From: Candidatus Parcubacteria bacterium
Lineage (GTDB): Bacteria; Patescibacteriota; Minisyncoccia; Phycocordibacterales; JAKFXT01
Length of the DNA stretch: 64,000 nucleotides
Direction of reading: 5' to 3'
Assembly: GCA_021414235.1 (NCBI GenBank)
Contig: JAIOOV010000004.1
Location: 254,456 to 318,455, forward strand
Part shown: piece by piece, positions 56,982 through 64,000 of the stretch
Layout of the letters: every line of letters begins with the position of its first letter
How positions within the stretch are numbered: the stretch's first letter is position 1
Program-made: the position numbers and the translations under genes
The notes under the pieces: generated by a model
Databases searched by the model: none
The model's input: only the letters and a program-made list of their open reading frames with translations
What the model was told of the DNA's origin: nothing

Positions 56982-58280
56982 CTAGGACTTGAAGAAGGAG
57001 GCTAGTTCGGTGCGGGAGAGCTTGGTTTCGGTGCCGGAAGCGAGCTCTTTGACGGCGAAGATGCCGCTCGTTAGCTCGCGTTCACCGACCACGAGTACAT
57101 AGGGGATGCGCTGCTTGTCGGCAGCACCAATCTGGTCACCGATCTTGCGAGAGGTGAAGTCGACGGCGACATTCACTCCCTGCGCCCGTAGTTCGGAGGC
57201 GAGAGCCGCGAGTGCAGCAGATTCTGCGCCGTCTGCGCGGCAGATATAGAGGGTGGTCGCTGGTTTGTATTCTGGGATAAGGCCGTGCACGTCGAGGAAG
57301 TCACGTAGGGTCACGTCACCCATGCCGAAGCCTACGGCAGGCATCTTTTCTGCGCCGAAGATGGAGAGGAGGTCGTCATAGCGGCCGCCGCCGAAGAGTG
57401 ACCGGCGATTCTCCGGAGAGGTATCGAAGAGTTCGAAGACGATCCCTGTGTAGTAATCAAAGCCGCGCATGAGGGAGGGGCTGAAACGCGCATTCCTTAT
57501 TCCTGAGGCAGAGAGTCCGCGAAGGACTTCCTCGAGTTCTGTCACCGCTTTGTGTGCACTTAGGGCAGGCACCTCTCTGAGGAAGCTCTCGAGGTCTTCG
57601 CTCGCCAGTACTTTCTCTATTGTTTCGCTAGCCTCTCCCGCTATCTCCCTCGCTGCAGCGCTCCAAGCAGCCGCTTCCATCTTGTTCTTGCGATCGATGA
57701 GCTTGAAGAGCTTGTGAGACTGCTCTTCAGAGAGGCCGAGCTCAAGGGTGAGTGCATTCATGAGGGCGCGATGGTTCACCAGGATGTTGAAATCTGCGTC
57801 CGTTGCGCCAAGGTGCTTCATGATGCCCGAGGCTACCGAGATGACCTCGATCTCTGCTTCGGTACCTTCTACTCCGAATATGTCCACGTTCAATTGATAG
57901 TGCTCGCGCAGGCGGCCGCGCTGCGGCTGCTCATATCTGAAAAGATTGGGGATGGAATACCAACGTAGGGGGAGGGCCAGTTCGCGGCGCTTGCCGGCGA
58001 CCATGCGGGCTACGGTCGGAGTCATCTCCGGGCGGAGGGTCACTTCGCGGCCGCCGCGGTCGGTGAAGGTGTAGGTCTGCTCGTTTACGATCTCTTCGCC
58101 GCTCTTGGCTTTGTAGAGCTCGGTGGATTCGAGGGGGGAGGCGGTATATTCGAGATAGCCGAAGCGCTCCGAGACGGTGCGCATGCCTCCCAGGATGTGG
58201 TTGAGGACGGACATGTCCTCGGGATAGAAGTCACGGGTGCCCTTGTAGGGGTCAGTAGAGAGGGAGGTGGGATCGGCCAT
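56982..58280 (-). CDS. hisS: Histidine--tRNA ligase
   Basis: KGTRDF, LRPEMT, FRYEQPQRGR.REH.Q, RGFDYYTG, GGGRYD. Confidence 0.97.
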   Translation of the reverse strand: MADPTSLSTDPYKGTRDFYPEDMSVLNHILGGMRTVSERFGYLEYTASPLESTELYKAKSGEEIVNEQTYTFTDRGGREVTLRPEMTPTVARMVAGKRRELALPLRWYSIPNLFRYEQPQRGRLREHYQLNVDIFGVEGTEAEIEVISVASGIMKHLGATDADFNILVNHRALMNALTLELGLSEEQSHKLFKLIDRKNKMEAAAWSAAAREIAGEASETIEKVLASEDLESFLREVPALSAHKAVTELEEVLRGLSASGIRNARFSPSLMRGFDYYTGIVFELFDTSPENRRSLFGGGRYDDLLSIFGAEKMPAVGFGMGDVTLRDFLDVHGLIPEYKPATTLYICRADGAESAALAALASELRAQGVNVAVDFTSRKIGDQIGAADKQRIPYVLVVGERELTSGIFAVKELASGTETKLSRTELASFFKS

Positions 58281-58355
58281 GGATAGGCCAGATAGTAGCA
58301 AATATCCCTCCTCCTACCAAGCTGGAATGGCGGGGGAAGCTGTGTAGAGGCTCGC

Positions 58356-58500
58356 TTGTCGGGAGAGTTAAAGAGTGCTATAAAACGGGCAAGTAGTTGA
58401 TTCTTGTAGGGTCCGCGATTGGAAAGGAGAAGTTTCTTCCAGAGCCATCGTTCGGGTTTGAAGAGAGGGTCGCGCTACTTTAGAAATCAATTCGATTACG
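58356..58500 (+). promoter_or_regulatory. Promoter and ~110-nt structured leader of the RRM gene
   Basis: TTGTCG-N17-TATAAA with TG extension; long closing stem. Confidence 0.6.
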
Positions 58501-58830
58501 ATGGCAAAGAAACTCTATGTCGGTGGTCTGCCGTACTCTACGACGGACTCCGAGCTTCGCGATGCGTTCGCTACGGTTGGCGTAGTGGAAGCTGCTTCGA
58601 TCGTTATGGACAAGATGACGGGCCGCTCTCGCGGTTTCGGATTCGTGACCATGCCGAACGACGCTGAAGCAGACAAGGCAATCGAGACGATGAATGGTGC
58701 AGACCTCGGTGGTCGCGCTATCACCGTCAACGAGGCACGTCCTCTCACTGATCGTCCTCCCCGACGCGACGCAGGTCGTGGCGGATATGGCGGCAACGGT
58801 GGTGGTATGGGCGGTCGCGGCGGCTACTAA
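58501..58830 (+). CDS. RRM RNA-binding protein with Gly-rich tail
   Basis: RNP2 LYVGGL, RNP1 RGFGFV. Confidence 0.95.
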   Translation: MAKKLYVGGLPYSTTDSELRDAFATVGVVEAASIVMDKMTGRSRGFGFVTMPNDAEADKAIETMNGADLGGRAITVNEARPLTDRPPRRDAGRGGYGGNGGGMGGRGGY

Positions 58831-58838
58831 GTCGACGC

Positions 58839-58880
58839 AAAACAAAAGACCCTGTCCGAAAGGACAGGGTCTTTTGTTTT
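58839..58880. terminator. Bidirectional terminator
   Basis: AAAACAAAAGACCCTGTCC-GAAA-GGACAGGGTCTTTTGTTTT. Confidence 0.85.
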
Positions 58881-58882
58881 CA

Positions 58883-59230
58883 TTACTTGGTCCTATCCTG
58901 CCGGAAGAGCGTCATGAAGAATTCGAAGAGGTGTCCCTTGCGTTTGAAATGCTTGCCTTTCACTACTGCATACGTGCCGACGCCGTTGCCAAGCGCGTAG
59001 GCGAGGATGATGCCGAGCTGCTGGCCTTCCAGATCGCCGAGGATCTCGTAGAGCACCAGGATACCGACTACGGTGACTACGAAAGAGAGGAAACCGGAGC
59101 GGAGGGGGTAGTCCTTGGAGATCGCTTGGTAATAGAGGGTGATGAGGAGGTCCTGGAAGAAGCCGACACTGAAGAAGAGCAGATACTGGCTCCAGGCTGC
59201 GCCTTGAAAGATCGACAGGAGAGAATCCAT
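58883..59230 (-). CDS. Small membrane protein
   Basis: Three TM segments, YALG.G.GT; leaderless TATACT-N6-ATG. Confidence 0.7.
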   Translation of the reverse strand: MDSLLSIFQGAAWSQYLLFFSVGFFQDLLITLYYQAISKDYPLRSGFLSFVVTVVGILVLYEILGDLEGQQLGIILAYALGNGVGTYAVVKGKHFKRKGHLFEFFMTLFRQDRTK

Positions 59231-59321
59231 GAAATCAGTATACTACGCGTCTCTTTTGGGGGATGTGGATGAAGGGGATAAGAGCATTCATTGTAGTCCT
59301 CTGCTCCTGTAAGATAGAGGC

Positions 59322-59504
59322 ATGAGAGGATACTCCAGAGGGTTCGCAGCGCCGGGCGCCGTAATTTTTCTGGCGGTCATCGGCATCGTCGTGTGGTATC
59401 GCAATCACAACGACCCCCAGGCTACTTCTTCCGCTACTACGACCGTCTCTGTTCGGGCTGAAGCCAAGCTTTCAGGCGAAGGCAAGACTTCTTCAATTCG
59501 CTAG
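59322..59504 (+). CDS. Small single-TM protein
   Basis: TAAGAT-N6-ATG; RGF then a hydrophobic helix; ATSSATTT tail. Confidence 0.6.
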   Translation: MRGYSRGFAAPGAVIFLAVIGIVVWYRNHNDPQATSSATTTVSVRAEAKLSGEGKTSSIR

Positions 59505-59549
59505 TCGCTATCAACAACCAAGAGTATCTTCCTGAGGTATACTTTTTGT

Positions 59550-60164
59550 ATGAAAAAACACATCGCTCTGGGTGTCGCGGTGGTAGCGGCTCTCTCCGTA
59601 GTCATCCTCATGTTCACCTCGCTTCTGCCGCTTCCTGGGACAGAGCGTCCTGTGGTGCCGTCTCCGACAGTTACCCCCTCCGGCACCCCGGTAGGCATAG
59701 AGACCTATGACGCGCCAGAGTTCGGCTTGAGTTTTGATTACCCATCTCACTACATGGTCTGGGAAGAAGAGGTGGGTACGGCACAGCGCGGCCACTATCA
59801 TATCCAGCTGGTTGAGGATACGCAGGAGAATCGCAATCTGAAACTAGGGCTCTCGCCGGGCCGCGAAGGGCCGACAGCCATTTCCTTCGAAGTATTTCAG
59901 AATAATCGGGATAAGACGGGTCTTCTTGATTGGGTGAAGGGGAATGCTAATTCCAATTTCAAGCTAGGGGACGGCACTTACGAGGAGGCGGAGATCGGTG
60001 GAACATCTGCCATCTTCTATCGCCATAGCGGGCTCTACGAAGCCAATGCCTTCGTCTTTGCGCACGGGGGAAACATCATCAAAGCGACGGTTACATACCT
60101 CACGCCGGAAGATCCCATCATCGACGATTTCTCCACGGTGCTCTCTTCTGTCGATCTCTACTAA
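59550..60164 (+). CDS. Membrane-anchored extracytoplasmic protein (PsbP-like pattern)
   Basis: TM helix, Y....FG.SF.YP, C-terminal F..VLSS. Confidence 0.65.
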   Translation: MKKHIALGVAVVAALSVVILMFTSLLPLPGTERPVVPSPTVTPSGTPVGIETYDAPEFGLSFDYPSHYMVWEEEVGTAQRGHYHIQLVEDTQENRNLKLGLSPGREGPTAISFEVFQNNRDKTGLLDWVKGNANSNFKLGDGTYEEAEIGGTSAIFYRHSGLYEANAFVFAHGGNIIKATVTYLTPEDPIIDDFSTVLSSVDLY

Positions 60165-60199
60165 GAAAAAGCCCCGCGCAGTGCGCGGGGCTTTTTCTT
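60163..60199. repeat. 37-bp palindromic terminator element, copy 2
   Basis: AAGAAAAAGCCCCGCGCAGTGCGCGGGGCTTTTTCTT. Confidence 0.85.
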
Positions 60200-60680
60200 A
60201 GACCTCGAAGCGAAGTTCCAAGGTCTCGCCATATGGCGTGCTCTTCCATTGGCCCCAGAGGTTCTGGAAGCGGTTCTTTATTTTCGTAACCGCTTCTTTG
60301 GTGAGCCACTCCGGCATCGGCTCATGGTAGGCATCAAAGGCATTCTGCATCGCGGCGAGGAAATCTTCCGGAGTGAGCGCGTCGCGGATTACTCCGGTGA
60401 GGCCGCCGACAAGCCTCTCCGTGACACCTCGCTCTCCGGTCATAAGTTCCTCTCCCATAGCTTCCGGTGTCATGGTGTCGTAAGAGTTCCCTGCGGCGAG
60501 CATCCCATAGAAAGAATGGGCTAGCTTGGCCTCGCTCTCGAGAGCGAGATGGATGAAATCGTGGAGAAGGAACGCTTTGCTCTCAAGCTCAAGGCTCTCT
60601 CCGGAGCCATCCTCGCGGCGATATTCGAAGCGGTGATGAATCGCAGAGATTTTGGTGAAGCGGAGGGTGAGCGAGGTCAT
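60198..60680 (-). CDS. Hypothetical protein (HDxxH..E motif)
   Basis: Compact ORF coupled to the upstream gene. Confidence 0.7.
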   Translation of the reverse strand: MTSLTLRFTKISAIHHRFEYRREDGSGESLELESKAFLLHDFIHLALESEAKLAHSFYGMLAAGNSYDTMTPEAMGEELMTGERGVTERLVGGLTGVIRDALTPEDFLAAMQNAFDAYHEPMPEWLTKEAVTKIKNRFQNLWGQWKSTPYGETLELRFEV

Positions 60681-60681
60681 G

Positions 60682-61188
60682 TCAGATCATGCGCTCCTTT
60701 TCTCCGACTTTAAGCTTTTGCAGTTCTGCGCTCCAGCCGAGGAGGTTCGCTCCGAGCTGAAGCAGGGTGGCGACTCCAGAGAGCGCGAGCACTAGGATGA
60801 GGTACCAGCTCCAGGAGGCAAGGAAATACAGAGTAGTCGTAAACAGTGCGAACCAGACACCGAGGCACCAGGGGCAGGAGAGGAGATCAGAGATAGTGCG
60901 TCGCGGGCCGTCTTGCGGTACTGAACGCTCTACGTACGTGATGCCGTCGAGGGTGGTCTCACGGCTCTCCTTGAAGAGGTCTCGGAACCAAGCAGTGATC
61001 TTGTCGTAGACGAAGAGGCGGGTGAGGCGGAAAGTGGCGAGCGCGATGAGGCTGAAGTCAGCCAGGGGAATTGATTGGGGGAGGGAGCCCACATTCCGGT
61101 AAAGGATATACATCGCTCCTCCAAGGAGGGCGAGAAAGAGAAGGCTGAAGAGGAAGTTCCAGGAGTGCTGGTTATTTTTAGGTTCCAT
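60682..61188 (-). CDS. DUF1360-like membrane protein
   Basis: LATFRLTRL.VYDKIT..R, LLSCPWC.G.W. Confidence 0.85.
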   Translation of the reverse strand: MEPKNNQHSWNFLFSLLFLALLGGAMYILYRNVGSLPQSIPLADFSLIALATFRLTRLFVYDKITAWFRDLFKESRETTLDGITYVERSVPQDGPRRTISDLLSCPWCLGVWFALFTTTLYFLASWSWYLILVLALSGVATLLQLGANLLGWSAELQKLKVGEKERMI

Positions 61189-61275
61189 AGTCCCATTATC
61201 CTACTCTTCGTGTATCTCGCAAGAAAAGGAAACGCCGCCCACGCATGATGCGTGGGCGGCTGGCTCCGAAGAGCT

Positions 61276-61797
61276 TTAGGGTTGGGAGTCCGAAGTTGCT
61301 CCAGCCGCGACGAACGTGCGGCGGTTGACCAGGAAGCGTACCCAGGCCGTGGCGGCGAGTTCCAGGGCGGTTGCGAAGACGAACGCGGTGAGACAGGTGC
61401 CGGTGAAGGCCCCCATCCGATACGCGCCCTGCTGCCAGAGCACGAGCAGGATCAGGGTCATGCCGAACGCGGTGACGAAGGTGATCAGAGACCAGAGCAT
61501 GTCCTTCATGCCGATCTGCTCCGAGCGCTCCGCCGACTTGAGGAGGAGCATGACCTGGCCTGCGAAATAGCAGAAGGCCATCGCCCATGGGACCGACCAG
61601 ACCCAGGGCCGGATGGGTTCGTAGGCGGGGTTCCACAGGTAAGCCCCGATCAGCCAGAGGGGCACGAGCCAGGCGCAGTGGCCAGCCAGGAAACAGCTCC
61701 AGTCGTCGGCCGTGCGCGGGAGGAAGCGGAAGGGGCGGCGGTGGGTAGCGGCGATGACTCCCACTTCGTTGAGGGTACGCGCGGGTTGCGTCGTCAT
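61276..61797 (-). CDS. Hypothetical multi-TM protein
   Basis: Four hydrophobic segments, GC-rich codons, terminator at 61233-61260. Confidence 0.65.
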   Translation of the reverse strand: MTTQPARTLNEVGVIAATHRRPFRFLPRTADDWSCFLAGHCAWLVPLWLIGAYLWNPAYEPIRPWVWSVPWAMAFCYFAGQVMLLLKSAERSEQIGMKDMLWSLITFVTAFGMTLILLVLWQQGAYRMGAFTGTCLTAFVFATALELAATAWVRFLVNRRTFVAAGATSDSQP

Positions 61798-61842
61798 TGC
61801 GGGGACTTTCTTGGTTGTGGAAGGGCTAGGCGTACTGAGGAA

Positions 61843-61909
61843 AGCATACTTCATTTGTAGTATATTGTCAACTGATGTATTTGACAATACATATTTATAC
61901 TGCTATAAT
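61843..61909. promoter_or_regulatory. Back-to-back divergent sigma70 promoters
   Basis: Plus strand TTGACA(61881)-N17-TATAAT; minus strand TTGACA(61871)-N17-TATGCT. Confidence 0.8.
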
Positions 61910-61946
61910 TAAGACCGCAAATTAACCCTGATCCTGGGAGGAAAAA

Positions 61947-62708
61947 GTGAAAAGAATCTCGACTCGTACCAAGCTTGTGGGCTTGGTTGCGGCGGGGTTC
62001 CTTCTCCTGGGGCTCGCTGCGTACTTTTACAATCCAGAAGAATGGAGTCCCGAATGGGCGCTGCTCAGCGTCGCCGGCCTCCTCTTCGCGGAAGGTGCCG
62101 CTGTGGCTACTGTCACGAGTTTCTTACGAGGCTTTGTGGTCCGCTACGGAGTCATGAAGCTCCTGCCCTTCATCCTGGTTATCGCCGTACCTATCCTGTG
62201 GCGCAGGGCAGCGCGGACACGCTTCCTCCGGTCTTCTCAGAAGGCGAAGGAACTCCACGCAATCGCGTGGGAATATTGGCAAAGCTTGCCTTGGCTCTTG
62301 CGCTTGTTGTTGGTGGGCGGGTCTTGCGTCTTCATGGTCATCGTCGCGCTCGTGGCAGGATCCATCCTCGGTATCGTCACCATCTTCGGAGTCCGTATCG
62401 CGGTGTCTAGTTCGGTGATGTCCTGGCTTTGGTACAAGACCATCGCTTTCCTCGCGCGACTCGCGCTCGGGAAGTGGGTGGAGCGTAACTGCTCCATGGT
62501 CTGGAACTATCTGCCGGAAGACAAGCGGGCTCGGATCCGCAAGAGGTACCGGGAGCTCTGGTGGCTCACGCTCCGCCGTACCGTGCGTAGGAAGCTTGTC
62601 TATGGGAGGCGAGCTCGCGTGGTTCTTGAGCAGCATATGCGCGAGGCAGCTCGCCAGCGCATTCTTGGAAACCGCCTGCCGCACCCTCGCGAGCACGGCA
62701 TTCAATGA
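61947..62708 (+). CDS. Hypothetical Arg/Trp-rich membrane protein
   Basis: SD GGGAGG, GTG start, several TM segments. Confidence 0.7.
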   Translation: MKRISTRTKLVGLVAAGFLLLGLAAYFYNPEEWSPEWALLSVAGLLFAEGAAVATVTSFLRGFVVRYGVMKLLPFILVIAVPILWRRAARTRFLRSSQKAKELHAIAWEYWQSLPWLLRLLLVGGSCVFMVIVALVAGSILGIVTIFGVRIAVSSSVMSWLWYKTIAFLARLALGKWVERNCSMVWNYLPEDKRARIRKRYRELWWLTLRRTVRRKLVYGRRARVVLEQHMREAARQRILGNRLPHPREHGIQ

Positions 62709-62719
62709 AGGAGGAAATC

Positions 62720-62953
62720 GTGAACAACCCCGGACTTTGGTTCCTCGGAATCTCGGTCATCGCAAACCTCTTCCTGCTTCCCTGGTCTTTCAAGAAGATG
62801 CGTTTGGCATCGTCGACGAAGTACGCGAATGGGGAATATCGTCGCGGGTTCAGGAGTGATCGAAATCGCGAGACGTACCTTTTCGCTCTCTCAGTCATGA
62901 TGCTCGTGCTTCTCGTCAGCCTCTTCGTCAACGAGCTGATCGGAGGGCGCTAA
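62720..62953 (+). CDS. Small two-TM protein
   Basis: SD AAGGAGG before in-frame GTG at 62720. Confidence 0.6.
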   Translation: MNNPGLWFLGISVIANLFLLPWSFKKMRLASSTKYANGEYRRGFRSDRNRETYLFALSVMMLVLLVSLFVNELIGGR

Positions 62954-63132
62954 GCGTAGTATAAGCACTTCAAAACCTTCGGCCGCTGCGTCCTCGACGC
63001 GGCGGCCGATTTCTTTTGCTCATAAAACCAACTTAGATCACCCTCTTGACAGATTTAATTAATTAGGTTAATATGTTCAACGGACTGCTTTTTGGCAGAC
63101 CTTCTTCCAACCACTGGATAAGAGGACTACAG

Positions 63133-64000
63133 ATGCTTATTCGCTCCCTCCGCGGGCTCGTGGCGGCCGCCCTCCTGGCGCTCGCCCTGCCTGTCTCGGC
63201 CTTCGCACAGGCTGTCCCGGCCTCCTACACGGAGCCCTTCAGCCTCGAGAAAGCCATCTCCGGGACGATGTCGGCGACCTTCAACACCCGGACCAACAAG
63301 GACCGTACCGGCAAGCTGCCGGCGGGTAGCCCGGCCATCGGCCAGCAGGACATCTACCAGGTGAACCTGCAGGTCGCCAAGTCCACCTTCTTCGACGGTA
63401 CCATCAAGCGCCAGCCCTGGATTCCCACGGCGACGCTCGGCACCACCGCCCAGGTCGGCTTCCTCGAATACACTCTGCGCACCGGCGTCATCAACCCGGC
63501 GAATCCGACCCAGACGCGCGTTCTCGGCTCCTTGATCGGTGGCCTTTCCCTCGACAACGAGGGCAAGTACCACCTCACCAAGCCGCCCGCGGGCATGGGC
63601 GAGTTGCGTATGGCCATCGAGTCGGCTGGCCCCGTCCCCGGCTTCGTCTCGAAGTTCGGTGGCGAGATCGAAGGGCGCGTGCCCGAGAGCGCAGGGGCGC
63701 TCGGCTTCCTCGCCAAGGCCAAGGCCAAGGGCGAGAAGCACTTCGCCCTCTACGTCGAAGGTCGTCCGGTGAAGGCCACGATCAAGAACTCCGATCCGGT
63801 CGGGTTCCAGAACGTGAAGCTCGCCTCCGGGCCGGTCGCCGGTTATCCGGAGGTCATCCTGAACGGGTCCATGGACTTCGATCCGGAGAACAGCGTCTGG
63901 TATCTCGACCTCCAGGCGAACTACGGCCAGAAGCCGGATCGCTTCAGCGGCACCATCCGCTGGATCGACGACCCGAAGCGGGCCCAGAACGGGCTCGGCT
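63133..64000 (+). CDS. Secreted hypothetical protein, runs off the window end (absent from the ORF track)
   Basis: Promoter TTGACA-N17-TAATAT (63046-63074), SD AGAGG, signal peptide MLIRSLRG...SAFA-QA, open frame to 64000. Confidence 0.75.
   Translation, partial: MLIRSLRGLVAAALLALALPVSAFAQAVPASYTEPFSLEKAISGTMSATFNTRTNKDRTGKLPAGSPAIGQQDIYQVNLQVAKSTFFDGTIKRQPWIPTATLGTTAQVGFLEYTLRTGVINPANPTQTRVLGSLIGGLSLDNEGKYHLTKPPAGMGELRMAIESAGPVPGFVSKFGGEIEGRVPESAGALGFLAKAKAKGEKHFALYVEGRPVKATIKNSDPVGFQNVKLASGPVAGYPEVILNGSMDFDPENSVWYLDLQANYGQKPDRFSGTIRWIDDPKRAQNGLG

Overview
Chromosomal window of a fairly GC-rich bacterium using genetic code 11. It is very likely Patescibacteria/CPR (Parcubacteria-like), judged from the short IF2 and Rel, scattered housekeeping genes, almost no biosynthetic genes and many membrane/secreted ORFans. 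Core genes: rbfA, infB, clpB, rpmG, miaA, ahpC, parB, rel, topA, dprA, serS, dus, dnaX, ddl, uppP, hisS and four tRNAs (Tyr, Trp, Leu, Gln). It also holds a glycosyltransferase/methyltransferase/TPR cluster, wall-active enzymes and an 11.2 kb gene for a ~3750 aa surface protein with 34 Ig-like repeats. No CRISPR array, integrase, transposase or reverse transcriptase was seen. Most notable signals: (1) two expression grammars, where core genes are leaderless (-10 box 6-7 nt before ATG, no SD) and scattered ORFan cassettes have strong SDs; (2) a ClpB with a ClpP-docking-type IGF loop; (3) a Lys/Arg-free giant adhesin with A-T-[ST]-[ST] motifs at fixed positions, a possible glycosylation code; (4) long structured 5' leaders on the DEAD-box, RRM and giant genes; (5) a tRNA-Trp whose CCA overlaps the next start codon. 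All calls are by eye from motifs; no database searches were run.
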